From: Chiloscyllium plagiosum
Lineage: Eukaryota
Reading direction: 5' to 3'
Length of the DNA stretch: 64,000 nt
Assembly: GCF_004010195.1 (NCBI RefSeq)
Contig: NC_057726.1
Location: forward strand, 69,479,774-69,543,773
Shown: positions 1 through 13,499 of the stretch, piece by piece
Position numbering within the stretch: position 1 is the stretch's first letter
How the letters are laid out: each line of letters begins with the position of its first letter
Notes under the pieces: model-generated
Databases searched by the model: none
Told to the model about the DNA's origin: nothing
Seen by the model: only the letters and a program-made list of their open reading frames with translations
Translations under genes and position numbers: made by a program

Positions 1-1930
1 TCACTCCTCACTTCACTTCACTCCTCCCCAAAGCCCCTCCCTACATAAACCTCAATCTTCCACTGCTTGGTATTTGTTTAAGGACATATTATATTGTTAA
101 GTCCATCTCGCTTCTGATTGCAATGAATTGATTTGAAGTATTCCTACAGCTCCTCTCTCCACTGACTATTCTGATTGTTACATACTTCAAACATTCTCGT
201 GCACTTCCTTTTAATTACAAATTGGTAATATGTCAATTGATGACAAACACTGACAATTTGTAAAGTGCTTTGAATGGTACTAGACTATGAATGCATAGAA
301 ATCCGATACACAAAATAGATATTGCGCCATGCTAATTATAACTATTTTTCCACTCATATATGATAGAATAATAAAACAACTGTGATAAGGGCAGGAAAGT
401 TTTATTTGTTGAGGTTTATTGTGAATCATGTGGTTCAAAAAGGGACATTTCACAAATGGGTACAATTCACGGTCACTCCTCTGGTTTTCTGCTGACATAA
501 GAATAATCTCTGTAATGACGTCATGTATGGACTCAGCCCTTTCTATTTGGAAGATGAAGCCTTGGGGGTTTGTTGTTGGATGAAGATTTGATTTTGGGTT
601 CCCAAAAGGTGGAGAGATCAAACTCTTCTCCATTAGTTCTCGATCTGGGACAGGAGCTACCAGTGGTACAGAATGAAATGCCACCAAACAATGAAAACTG
701 CGTAGGTGTAAGTTTGGACAAATATAATAGTAATTGTCAAAAAATAATAAATACATATAAATAAGGAAACATGAATGCATAAAGCAAAATATGACTGAGT
801 GTGAGGCAGGAAAGTGTCTGATGTTGGGAAATGAGGGGGAGAGATCAATACAATATAATCCATGATACCCAGGACCCAAGTGTAATTGAACGAAATTGGA
901 AAAAAATTCAATTCCTCGCTGGATACAGGAGAGAAGCTGGAGGACTGAAGACAAAAACCATTATTCCATCCCATTCTCCCAGTCCCTTTGCCTATGTCAT
1001 ATCTGTTCAGATGATGCCATCTTCCAAAACAATGCTGTTGACATGGCTTCCTTCTTCCATAACCATGGGTTCCCACCCACCGTGGTTGTCAGGGCACTCA
1101 GCCACATCCGAACTATCACTATTGCTTCCAACATTGCCCCTTTCTATCATTCAGAACAGCGTGGTCGACACCCCACTCCCCAACCCCCTAGTTCTCACTT
1201 TTCATCCCACCAACCTCTACATTCAAGGGATTATCATCTTCCATTTCATACAACTCCAGCAGAATGCCACCACCAATCACATCTTCCTCTCACTCCTCCA
1301 TCTGGAACACTTTTGTCCATTCCTTAACCTCCAACAACACCACCCCCTTTCCACAACACCTTCCCATTTAACCACCAAGTTATAACACCTTCCCCATTAC
1401 CTCTTCCCTGCTCACCAATCAAGGGCCTCAACAGGCTTTCCAGGTGAAGCAGTATTTCACCTGTAGCTCCTGCATTCACTGCACCCAATGTGGTGTACAT
1501 TATGTTTCTCCTCACGTACCTATAGAATATGTTGAAGGTAAAAGGTTAGAGTGATTATTTACAGTCAAAAGGTGGGACTAATGGGACAAGAAAAGAAAGC
1601 AAACTTTGAGTAAAAATTCAAAATATTATTCCCTCAATCCAAGACGCTGCGGTTAAGTTACTCTCCTTTGCAGTTACAGGGTGTCAGCTTTGAAGTGTCT
1701 GGACTCTGGATTGTGCACAAGTATGAGCTCAAATAACCTGTAGCCAGTCATTTTAACACAGCATCCACCTTGCATGCTTACTTTTCTGTTCTTGGCATGC
1801 TGCAATGCTCCAGCGAATCACAGTGCAAATTGGAGGAACAACATCGCGTCTTCAGACGAGGCACTTTTTAACCTTCTTAACTTAATATTGAATTCAACAC
1901 CTTCAGATCATGAACCCACTCCCATTCCTA
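1..1930. repeat. Inverted segmental duplicate of about 26975-30705
   Basis: The reverse complement aligns by eye to 30705-29520, 28155-27970 and 27370-26975, including a shared PLE. Confidence 0.85.
965..1930 (+). mobile_element. Penelope-like retroelement 3' fragment (RT thumb plus GIY-YIG region), decayed
   Basis: IPFSQSLCLCHICSDDAIF..FHNHGFP; FQVKQYFTC..CTQCG; PVASHFN..LEEQH. Confidence 0.75.
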
Positions 1931-2531
1931 CCTGTTGTTTAAACTGGGGCAGCACTGGGGCAGCAAGGTTGGATTCCAGCCTTGGGTAATTGTTTGGAGT
2001 TTACACATTCTCCTCATGTCTTTTGGAGCACCCTCTGGGTGCTCTGGTTTCCAAAGATGTGCAGGTTTGGTGAATTGGCCATGTGAGGTTGCCCAGAGTG
2101 TTCAGGGATGTGTAGGTTACGTGTATTAGTTATGGGTAAATGTAGAGTAATAAGGTAGGGGAATTTTCCCAGCAGCATTTCTCTACTAATTTTAATCTCC
2201 CTCAATTCTTCCCTCTCACTGAATCTTGCAGTCTCCAACATTTCTGGTGTTGGATTTGTATCCTCTTTTGTGAAGAAAGAACCAAAGTCTGTATTCAGTT
2301 GCTCAGCCATTTCTTTGTCCCCTATTATACATTCCCCGTTTGTCTTCACCAATCTCTTTCTCCTCACGTACCTATAGAATATGTTGAAGGTGAAAGGTTA
2401 GAGTGATTATTTACAGTCAAAAGATGGGACTAATGGGACAAGAAAAGAAAGCAAACTTTGAGTAAAAATTCAAAATATTATTCCCTCAATCCAAGACGCT
2501 GCGGTTAAGTTACTCTCCTTTGCAGTTACAG
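1505..2531 (+). repeat. 175-bp near-identical direct repeat (1505-1679 and 2357-2531)
   Basis: Direct comparison shows 2 mismatches. Confidence 0.9.
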
Positions 2532-2897
2532 AATGTAGACTTGCGAAAAATGAGCCATAAATTCTCAGGAGAAAGTGAGGTCTGCAGGACATGTGACAAC
2601 AGCCCTAATACCATGGTGGACAATATTGTGAATTTCTGACTTCAAATAATTATAAAGGGCTAAAATGGATTAATCAACTTGACAGACTTCATCTATAATT
2701 GTCAAATCTCGATCTGCTTTTTACGAGAATAACGCTAAGCATTGCAATGCCCATGGAAAACTAAGCATTGGAGATGAAATGTTGCATTCGGTATTTTTCA
2801 TCCATCAACCACTTACTCTCTCAGATGCAGCTTCGAGAAAATAGTTGATCACGTTTTGCAGAGCGTAACATTAACCACAAAATCACCTTTTTAATTA

Positions 2898-3396
2898 TTA
2901 GATTAGATTACTTACAGTGTGGAAACAGGCCCTTCAGCCCAACAATTCCACACCTGCCCCGCCAAAGCGCAACCCACCCATACCCCTACATTTACCCCTT
3001 ACCTAACACTACCGGCAATTTAGCATGGCCAATTCACCTGACCTGCACATCTTTGGGCTGTGGGAGGAAACCGGAGCACCCAGAGGAAACTCACGCAGAC
3101 ACGGGGAGAATGTGCAAACTCCACACCACACAGACAGTTGCCCAAGGCGGGAATTGAACCCGGGTCCCTGTGAGACAGCAGTGTTCCCCGTGTCTGCGTG
3201 GGTTTCCTCTGGGTGCTCCGGTTTCCTCCCACAGTCCAAAGATGTGCAGGTCAGATGAATTGGCCATACTAAATTGCCTGTAGTGTTAGGTAAGGGGTAA
3301 ATGTAGGGGTAGGGGTATGGGTGGGTTGCGCTTCAGCGGGTCGGTGTGGACTTGTTGGGCCGAAGAGCCTGTTTCCACACTAATGTAATCTAATCT
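2898..3396. mobile_element. Two HE1-type V-SINEs in inverted arrangement
   Basis: Minus copy about 2898-3181 and 5'-truncated plus copy 3183-3396, with V-SINE core and (TAATC)n tails. Confidence 0.85.
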
Positions 3397-3409
3397 AAAA
3401 AAAAACTTA

Positions 3410-5234
3410 TAACATAGCATAGAGTATTTGTTCTTCCAAACATTCTAGTGATATGGAAATCATAAAAGAATGCACTACTGAAGTTGGAGGTGTTTAGATT
3501 CAGAGAAAGTTAATACATGCAACCAACGACCTCTTTCAAGAAGGACTAAAACTGATCAGCTACGTAAATTAACCCTCAATGTAACAGAATAACTTCATAC
3601 AATATGCCAAAGCAAAGACATTTATTATTTGATTGCCTTGGATGAATCCATTGGCATTACTGACTCAGCACAAGTGTTATTTTTTTTATTTGTGTTATAA
3701 CTGTGGATTTTCATTGTTGTGAGGAGGCTTTGGGTATCCTTATGGTAAGGATACATGGAATTGACATCTCTATCTTCAAAACAAATATCATGAAGTGAAA
3801 CTGAATATAGGTAAATGAGTAAGTCTATAAACAGACGGGGCACTTGCCATGAGAGTGAAGTGTGAAGGAATGTTAAACATCACACAACACCAGGTCATAG
3901 TCAACAGGTTTAACTGGAAGCACTAGATTTTAAAGTGCTTCTCCTTCATCAGTTGCTTGTGGAATACATAATTGTAAGACACCGGTTTTTTGCTATAAAT
4001 TCTGTGTCTTACAATTGTGTACTCCGCAACCACCTGATGAAGGAACAGAGCTCTGCAGAAATGTTCCACTTTTGTGTGATATAATGTGAAAGCAAAATTA
4101 TCTGAATATTTTTTCGAATGTAAAACTAAATCTATATATGATGCGAGGCTAAGAATTCAGACATTTCGAAAAAGTTTGACCTTTTTCAAAACTCTCCTTA
4201 CCCGATCAGAACTTTAGCGGAACACATTCCTGAACTGGCAAAGGTAATTAATGAACAGGATACCAGCAAATCATTAAGGATATGTGACATGAAAATGTAC
4301 ACAGCTGTTCTAGACTCCCTGACTGAAGAATAAAATGAAAGGTTTGTAGATTTTGAGAAACCTGATCTCAAACTGAAACGAGCTTTTCAACCACACCTGA
4401 TTGATGCCTGCAAAGTACCTGATGACTTACAGATGGAATTGATTGAGTTCTCAGAAGATAACATTCTGCAGTCACTATTTGACGCTAAGAAGGAACTCAT
4501 TGGAATATGGAGAAATGCAGCTGAATACCCACATCTACATCAACATGCTCATCGAATGCTGTCTTGTTTTGGCACAACATCCTGTTGTGAATCAACATTT
4601 TCACATGAGACACAAAGTAAAACATACTTGAGATCTCAGATGACGGATATTCACCTGGAGGACCAATGACAGCTATGGTCAATAATGTTGGAAACAAATA
4701 TTAAATTCCTTTCACACAATAAGCAATCACAAAAAAGACATTTAGATTTAGATTAGATTACTTTACAGTGTGGAAACAGGCCCTTCAGCCCAACAAGTCC
4801 ACACCGACCCGCCGAAGCGCAACCCACCCATACCCCTACATTTACCCCTTACCTAACACTACGGGCAATTTAGCATGGCCAATTCACCTGACCTGCACAT
4901 CTTTGGACTGTGGGAGGAAACCGGAGCACCCGGAGGAAACCCACACAGACACGGGGAGAACGTGCAAACTCCACACAGTCAGTCAGTCGACATCAAATTG
5001 TTTGTTGTCTAAGTTTTTCACTTATTATTAGTTCAATTGTCAACTTTGCCAAACAAATATAGATGTCTTTGCTGAATGTTTACTCTGTTTACTGTCCTCA
5101 CATAATAGCAGGCTTTATTTAAAATCAGTTCACAAAAATGTAACATTTTGTTATATGTTTTAAATTCTCAGTAGGCAGTCCAATAGGATTTTGGTTAAAT
5201 TATATGTGGCCTTCCAATGTAAAAAGGGGGAGAC
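3410..5234 (+). mobile_element. Fossil hAT DNA transposon (Charlie/Buster or GTF2IRD2-like transposase), interrupted by later insertions
   Basis: IALDES..TDSAQ near 3630, TDGA near 3835, and C-terminal dimerisation motif LSCFGTTSCCESTFS..LRSQMTD at 4433-4669. Contains stops and frameshifts. Confidence 0.8.
4742..4988 (-). mobile_element. HE1-type V-SINE, 5'-truncated
   Basis: V-SINE core and (TAATC)n tail. Confidence 0.9.
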
Positions 5235-6479
5235 TTTATTTTTCACAGCCATGACGTTGGAAATAAGCTTTAAAAAATTCTCCAAAACTATGTTCAGAAC
5301 ATCTGAGTGTAACATGAAATTTCTGCTTTTAGCTTAGTTTTCAGAATGCAGTCGGCAAACATAGCCCTGTGAATTTAACTTAGAGTGCAGATATCTTTGG
5401 TGGTGACCCTTGCCAAAATTTCCATGTTCTCATGAAAAATAGATCCATACATAAAAGCATACACCAAACTCTCAAAATAATGTGTTAGCACACAATGCAG
5501 ACTTCTTCAGGAAAGTACGAATTGCATTGGTTGAATGACCCAGTTGCTAAGATTAACACTATTCGGCGCAAATTTGATGCTGGTCATCCTCCCACATCAA
5601 TCAATTCTGAAGCTCAAATAGTGGCTCATGGACAAGAAGCCAGGATGGCATTGTCAAATTTTCTTAATCTCTCTACTTCAGGATGGTTGCATGAAAGGAA
5701 AATTAGGTCTGATTTATGTTTTCAAGTTTTCCAAAAAAATTTTAACAGACTGGATAGGTAAACCATTAGCTGTGTTGCATTCAGATTTCAGAAGGCATTC
5801 AACAATGTACCTGACAAAAAGTTAAACCACAATATAAGGAGGAGGGAGTATATTGGCGTGAATACAGAATTGGCTAATGGGCAGGAGATAGCCAGTGGGG
5901 GTCTTTCTCAGGCTGGTAATCTGTAATCAGTGGGTTTCCCCAGGAATCAGTGCTGGGGTGCAACTGTTTAATGTTTTATACTGTTAAATGACTGTGAAGA
6001 AAGATGTGAATATACTGTTGCCAAGTTTGCAGATGATACAGAAATAGGTAGAAAGGCAATTTGCAAAAAAAGTTTAGAATTTGATTTTATTGTCGTGAGT
6101 TCTCAACTACAGGGATACAGGCGTACGGTGAAAAATGTACAATATCGCCACTCACAGCACCATCTCAGGTGCAAGGTACATAGGTACAGAATCTGAGGTA
6201 AAGAGTATAAAAATAAAGAAATAAGTTAAGAGTTCAACATTACAGTTCTTGTCAATATAAATTAGTAAATAATAAACAAAAGTAAAAGTTCCAAATTCAG
6301 TCCTTCTATAGCGATAGGCCTGCAGTCATTCCATCCTGGGGCTTTCCCCACGAGGGAACTCGATCTCTCTCCTGCATTGGACTTGATTTCTCGATCACCA
6401 TGCTAATGTTTTGCTGCTGACTGATATCAGTGAGGATGCTCCACAACAATCCCAAGTACTGGCCCCTGTAAGGCTGCTT

Positions 6480-7340
6480 ACACACTCCCTTACTGTACTC
6501 CCTGTATACTCATAACCATGTGGTCAAATTGCATCTGAACCCCATCTACAAGATCACTGGGGTTACCACTGTTGTAGGCCAGATATCAAACATTGATAAG
6601 ATCGAACTAAAGAAAGAGTTACACTGCTTGGTGGTGTGGTGTAAAGATAGCAAACTCTCCCGCAGCATCAGCAAAACTAAAGAGCTGATCATCGACTTTA
6701 GGAAGCAAGGAGGCAGGTATGTCCCCACCTACATGAATCCAATTGACGTGAAGATGGCCAAGTGCAATAATTTCCTCGGAGTGAAAATCACCAACAACCT
6801 TTTCTGGACAGAGATGGTCAAGAAGGCACAACAATGCCTCTTCTTCCTCAGGAAGCTAAGAAATTTCAGGATATCCATAAAGTCTCTCACTAACATTCAT
6901 AGCTGCACCACAGAAAACACTCTATCTGGATATATCACGGCTTGGTATGGCAACTACTTTGCCCAGGATTGTAAGAAACTATAGAGACTTGTAAAAACAG
7001 CCCAATCCATCTGACCCCATCTACACATGTCGCTGCCTCGGAAAGGCAGCCAACATCATCAAAGACCCTCCCATCCTGGTTATAATCTCTTCCAATCTCT
7101 TCCAGCAGAAGATGCAAACTTTTAAACACATGTACCAACAGGTTAAAGAACAGCTTTTCCCCCACTATTATTAGACTTCTGGACCTCTCAAATTTCAAAT
7201 TTAATGTTGATCTTGCCTTTTCTGCACCTCCTTTACAGTTTAGTATTCCTCCCTCTGCTCAATCATCCTATTATACTTCATGCAAAACAAAACCTTTGGC
7301 TGTACCTCGGTAAATGTGACAACAAAAATCAAATCAAATC
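6480..7340 (+). mobile_element. Rex1/Babar-like LINE 3' fragment
   Basis: KTKELIIDFRK..FLGVKIT..KKAQQCLFFLRKLR..ITAWYGN; ends in (AAATC)n. Confidence 0.7.
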
Positions 7341-8619
7341 TTTCTCCCATGCTGAGCTCAATCTCTTGATCCCAGAGCCTCCACGTTGCTGTCTTGCTGC
7401 TGAGGGAATAAAAGCAATTTACACAAAAAAATTGAGATTGGCTAAGTAAGTGGTCTGAAACTGGAAAATGAAATATAATGTGAGGCAATGTGAAGTTATT
7501 TAGTTTGGAAAGGAAAACCAATGAGTAGAATATAATTTAAATGGAGAAAACCTGCAAATATCTGCAAACAGCAAAGGAAAATAGATAATCAGGAAGGTTA
7601 ATGGGATATGAAACAAAATCAGAAATTGCTGGAAAGTCTCAGCAGGTCTGGAAGCATCTGTGGAGACCAATCAGGTCCAGTGACCCTTCTTCGGCATTGA
7701 TGGCAGCTAGGAACACTTTTTTTTATGTAGAAGATAGGGTGGAAGTGGGGGGAGGGGTAAATGGCAGTCTGAGGAACGAGGAATAAATGATAGGTTGATA
7801 GCTGGCCTGTTGCCACACACAACCCATTGTTAACTACTAATAATCCTCATTGACAAGTATTTATTCTCCTAAATTGGTGTTTATCTACTCCTTTGTCTGT
7901 CCAACTCTTTTTTCTCTTTGGGATCTACCAATACATATTCATTTGCCCCTCCCCTCACCTCAACTTCTATGTAAAAACAATTTTTTTTCTGAGACAGAAT
8001 TACAAACAGAATTACAATTACATGTTATTGTCATGTGCCTACAAGTGCATGAGTACAGTGAAAAGAGTACAAAGTTACCATTTCACAACATAATTTTAAA
8101 ATGCAAAATGCAACACCAGAATTTTTAAAAAAAGAGAAAAAAAAAAGAAAGAAAGAGGAAATGAAAAAGACAAATACTCAGATTTTAAAGTCCTTATCCA
8201 AAAGAAAGGGAGAAACAGGGGCCATAGAGTCACAGAGTTATGGAGCACAAAAACAGATCCTTCAGTCTAATGTGTCAATGGGAAATATTTTTCCCAAACT
8301 AAAACAGTCCCACTTGCCTGCTTTTGTCCCATATTCCTCTAAACGTTTCTTATTCACATACCCCAAAACATTAACTTTGATTTCTCCCCACACCAGCTGA
8401 GATTTTCTAACTATTTCTGGTTTTGTTTCACATTTCCAGCATCCACAGTTCTTTTGGTTTTAGGTTTCATGGGATGTGGGCTTTTATTTCAAAGGGGTTG
8501 GAACGTAAGTTTGGGGAAGTCTTACTGCGACTGTACCAAAGATAAATCTGGAGTACCGTGAACAGTTTCAGTCTCCTTATTTAAGGAAACATATTGTTTC
8601 ACTGGAGACAGGACTTTGT

Positions 8620-11230
8620 TCCAGGATACAAATGCTAGAGGAAGGATAGAAATTGGGGCATGAGAGGAAGAGAAGTGGCATTTTTGATGAGGGGAAGTGT
8701 TACGCATGCACTAAGAGAGGATATTTCTGGGAATACATCTTGATATGTTATTTGGGTGGAACTGAGAAATAGGAAAGGGATTATTATGATTGCATTCCAG
8801 ATCCCCCAATAGTCAGTGGTAAATTGAGAAACAAATTTGTAAGGAGATTTAGTTATCTGTAAGAATAATAGGGTATGGTTGGGTAGTTTAACTTTCCAAA
8901 CATAGACTGGGACTGCCATAGTGTTATGGGTTTAGATGAAGAACAATTTTTTAAGTGTGTACGAAAAAAATATTCAATATGTGGATTTACCTACGAGAGA
9001 AGGTGCAAAACTTGACCTATCTTGGGAAATAAGGCAGGGCAGGTAACTAAGGTGTCAGTAGGGGAGCACTTTGGGCCCAGCTACTATCATTCTATTCGTT
9101 TTGAAACAGTGATGGAAAAGGATAGGACGTATCTAAAAGCTAAAGTTTTAAACTGCAGGAAGGCCAATTTTGATGGTATTAGCAAGAAGTTTCAGAAGTT
9201 GATTCGGTGCTGTTGTTCGCAGATAAAGGGATGGCTGGAAAATGGGAAGCTTTCAAAAGTGAGGTAGAGTCCAGAGACAGTATATTCCTGTTAAGGTGAA
9301 AGGCAAGGCTGGTGGTGTACGGATGCTGGATTATGACAGAAATTGATGTTTCCGATAAGAAAAAGAAGGAAACATATGTCAGGTATAGGTAGCAAAGATC
9401 GAGTGAATCCTTCAAAGAGTATCTAGGCAGTAGAAGTGCACCTAAGAGGGAAATGTGGGGCAATAAGGGGACATGAAATGGATTTGACAAATAAGTTTAA
9501 GGACAATCCAAAGAGATTCTATGAGTATATTAAGGACAAAATGGTAACAAGGGAGAGAATAGATCCCTCACAGATCAGAAAGGCAGTCTATGTGTGGAAC
9601 TGCAGGAGATGGGGGAGATACTGAGTACTTTGCACCAGTATTTACTGTGGAAAAGGGCATGAAAGATATAGAATGTGGGCAAATAAGTGGTGACATCTTG
9701 AAAAATGTCCATGCTACAGAAGAGGAGATGCTGGATGTCTTAAAACGTATAAAGGTGGCTAAATCCCCAGGACCTGATCAGGCATACACAAGAACCCTGT
9801 GGGAAGCTAGGGAAGTGATTTCTGGGCCCCTTGCTGAGATATTTGTAACATCAAGAATCAAAGGAAGACTGTGAGGTTGGCTAACATGGTGCCACTATTT
9901 CAGAATGGTGGTAAGGAAAAGCCAGGAAACTATAAACCAGTGAGCGTGACATTGGTGGTGGGCAATTGTTGGAGGGAATCCTGAGGGACAGTGTTTACAT
10001 GTATTTGGAAAGCAAGGACTGATTAGCAATAGTCAACATGTCTTTATGCATGGGAAATCATGTCTCACTAAGGTGATTGAAGTTTTTGAAGAAATAACGA
10101 AGAAGATTGATGAGGGCAGAGTGAAAGACCTGATCTATATGGACTTCAGAAAGGCGTTCAACAAGGCTGTTCATAGTAGACTAGTCAGCAAGGTTAGATT
10201 ATAACCATTTGGATACATAACTGGCTTGAGATAGAAGACAGCGGGTTTTGGTGGAGGCCTGTGATCTGTGGTGTGCCACAAGAATCGTTGCTGGTCCACT
10301 GCTTTTCATCATTTATATAAATGATTTGAATGTGAATATAGGAGGTATAGTTGGTAAGTTTAAATATGGTACCAAAATTGAAAGTGTACTGGACAGGGAA
10401 AAGGAGGAAAATGGGATCTTGATCAGATTGGACAATTGGCCGAAGAGTGGTAAATGGTATTTAATTTAAAGAAATGTGGCTCTGCATTTTGAAAAAGGCA
10501 AATCAGGACAGGACTTATACATTTAATGGGAAGGTACTGGGGAGTGATGCTGAAAAAAGAGACCTTGGAGTGCAGGTTCATAGTTCCCTGACAGTGGAGT
10601 CACAGGTAGATGGGATAATGAAGAAGGTGTTTGGTATGCCTTCCTTCATTGGTCAGAGCATTGAGTATAGGATTGGAATGTCATGCTGCAGCTCTACAGG
10701 ACATTGGTTCGGCCACTTTTGGAATAGTGTGTGCAATTCTGGTCTCCCTCCTATTGGAAGAATGTTGTGAAACTTGAAAGAATTCAGAAAAGATTGACAA
10801 GGACAAAGCTGAATAGGTTGGATCCGTTTTCCCGGGGCATCAGAGGCTGAGTGGTGACCTGATAGAGGTTGTAAAACCATGGGGGGCAAGGATAGGGTAA
10901 ATAGACAAGATCTTTTGCCTGCGTTGGGGGACTCCAGAACTAGAGGCCATAGGTTGAGGGTGAGAGCGGAAAAATTTAAAATGGACCTAAGGGGTAACTT
11001 TTTCACACAAAGGGTGGTGCGTGTTTGGAATGAGCTGTCAAAGGAAGTGGTAGAGGCTGGTACAATTACAATATTTAAAAGGCATCTACATGGGTATATG
11101 TATTGGAAGGGTTTAGAGGGATATGGGCCAAGTGCTGGCAAATGAGATGAGATTAAGTTAGGATATCTGGTCAGCAAGGACAGGTTTGACCAAAAGGTCT
11201 GCTTCCATGCTGTGCATCTCTATGTCTCTA
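8620..11230 (+). mobile_element. CR1/HER1 LINE ORF2 (endonuclease to 3' end), decayed
   Basis: KSPGPD, MDFRKAF, GPLLFIIYINDL, RDLGVQVH, FFTQRVVRVWNEL. Confidence 0.9.
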
Positions 11231-11519
11231 ATAGCGAACAGCCCCACTCCTGATAAAGTTAGGATAAAGGAAATTAACTAATAAAGCAATTGAAGACAAT
11301 TAGGTATCTATACCATCCCATCGAACACGTGCAGAAACATCTTGATTTTGTTATGTTTAGCCTCCAATAAACACAACCATTATATCATGCGAGGTTTTGA
11401 CATTGTTATAGAGTTATGGCATTATAGAGATCCAACTCGTCCGTGCTCACAGGAAATCCTTAATAAACCTTGTCCCATTTGTCAGTACTTGGCCCATATC
11501 CCTCCAAACCCTTCCTACT

Positions 11520-12925
11520 CATAGAAATATAGAAAATAGGTGAAGCAGTAGGCCATTCAGCTCTGTGATTTTGCACCACCATTCAACATGATCATGACTG
11601 ATCATGCAATCTCAGTATCCCATTCCCACTCTCTCTCCACACCTTTTGATCCCTTTCTTCACAAGGACCATGTCCAGCTCCCGCTTGAATAGATCTAATG
11701 GTCTGGCCCCACCAACTTACTGTAGGAGAGAATTCCACAGGTTCAGAACTCTCTGAGTGAAGACCTTCTTCCTCATCTCATTCCTAAATGGCTTACCCTT
11801 ATTCTTAGACGATGATCCCTTGTGTTGGACATCACCAACATTGGGAATATTCTTCCCGCATCTAGCCTGCCCAGTCCCATCAGGATTTTGTATGTCCCTA
11901 TGAGATCCCCATCACTCTTCTAAATTCCAGTGAATACAAGCCCAGTCGATGCAGGCTTTCCTCATATGTCAGTTTTGCCATCCCGGGAATCAATCTGTTG
12001 AACCTTTGTTGGACTCCCTCAATGGCAAGAATGCCCTTCCTCAGACTAGGAGGCTAAAGCTGTACACAATACTCAAGGTGTGGCCTCACCAAGGCCAGGT
12101 AGAACTGCAGAAAGACATCCGTACACCGATACTCAAATCCTCTCACTATGAAGGCCAGCATGCCATTAGCTTTCCATACTGCCTGCTGCACCTGTATGCC
12201 AACCTTCAGCACCTGTTCCACCATGACACACCCATCCCATGGCACCTCACGTTTCCCTAAACTGCCAATATTCAGATAATAATCTGCCTTCCTGGTTTGA
12301 GACTAAAATGGATAACCTGGCATTTATCCACATGGTATTGCATTTGCCAAGTACTTGTCCGCTTAGCCAGTCTGTCCAAGTCACCCTGCAGCCCCTTAGC
12401 ATCCTCCTCACAGCACACGCAGCTACCCAGCTTTGTGTCAGCCACAAATTTGGATATACCCATCTGGATGCCTTTTAACTGTTGCAATTGTACCAACCTC
12501 CACCACTTTCTCTGACAGCTCATTCCATATATACGTACGACCCTCTGTCTGGACAATTACCCCTTAAGTTCCTTTTAAATCTTTCCCCTCTAAACTTAAA
12601 ACTATGCCCTCTAGTTTTGGACTCCCCCACTCCAGAGAAAAGACCTTGTCTATTTATCCTATCCATGCCCCTCATGATTTTATAAACGCCTACAAGGTCA
12701 CCCCTCAGCTTCCTATGCTGTCGGGAAATTAGCCCCAGTTTATTCAGCCTTTCCCTATTCCTCAAGCCCTCCAACTCTGGCAACATCATTATAAATCTTT
12801 TCTGAACCCTTTCAAGTTTCACAACATCCTTCCCAGAGCAGGGAGATAAGAATTGCATGCAATATTTCAATACTGGTCTAACTAATGTCCTGTTCAACTA
12901 CAACATGACCTCCCAACTCCTAAAC
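11520..12925 (-). mobile_element. Two adjoining CR1 3' fragments
   Basis: KFVADTKLG, LVRPHLEYCVQ, LERVQKRF. Confidence 0.85.
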
Positions 12926-13204
12926 TGAGTTCGAGGTGACTTTCCTTTGGATCTTTGTTGATTTCATTTCTTCCAGGGTTCATGATGCCATATGTTGTCA
13001 AGTACTGTTTATTGCAGGGAAATCACTTGCACCTCACCTCATGAGGTCAAAGGTTTTGTGCATTTTTGGAATATAAGTGAAATGATTGGGCATGATAGAA
13101 AATGGTTTGAATCATCAGTCAATGATTTAAACCTGTGCACATGCAGTTTGTGAGCACATCCAAAATACTTTCTCACAGTTTACTGATGATCAAAAATAAC
13201 AAAG

Positions 13205-13312
13205 GTGTGCACATGTGCATGTGCGTGTGCATGAGAGAGAAAGACACAGACAGACAAACAGAGAGACGGAGAGAGTGAGAGAGAGAGAGAGACAGAGTGA
13301 AGGAGAGAGTGC
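13205..13312. repeat. (GT/GA)n compound microsatellite
   Basis: Directly visible. Confidence 0.85.
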
Positions 13313-13499
13313 CTGTATTGTTGTTGTACTGAAGCATGCAGCCTTCCCAGTTGTTGGAGATGGCAAAACCTGTGGCCTGTTCTCTTTTTTTTTCTTTTAG
13401 GACACCCGGGCTCAGGTCCCTGTTTTTTGTTTTTTTTTTGGCCTGTTCTCTTCTGATTAATTGTTCAATTAGTCATCACAAGAAAGTGAGGCATAACTA

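Noticed and set aside
570-712. Possible first exon ending at GTAAGT (about 708) in the duplicated upstream block
   Set aside because: The donor is not conserved in the paralogous copy near 29845 and no signal peptide is encoded.
280-954. 224-aa minus-strand ORF
   Set aside because: No recognisable domain, and the frame is not preserved in the paralogous copy at 29600-30290.
5495-5761. 88-aa ORF in a non-repetitive patch
   Set aside because: No motif or convincing splice context; the end runs into a CR1 fragment.
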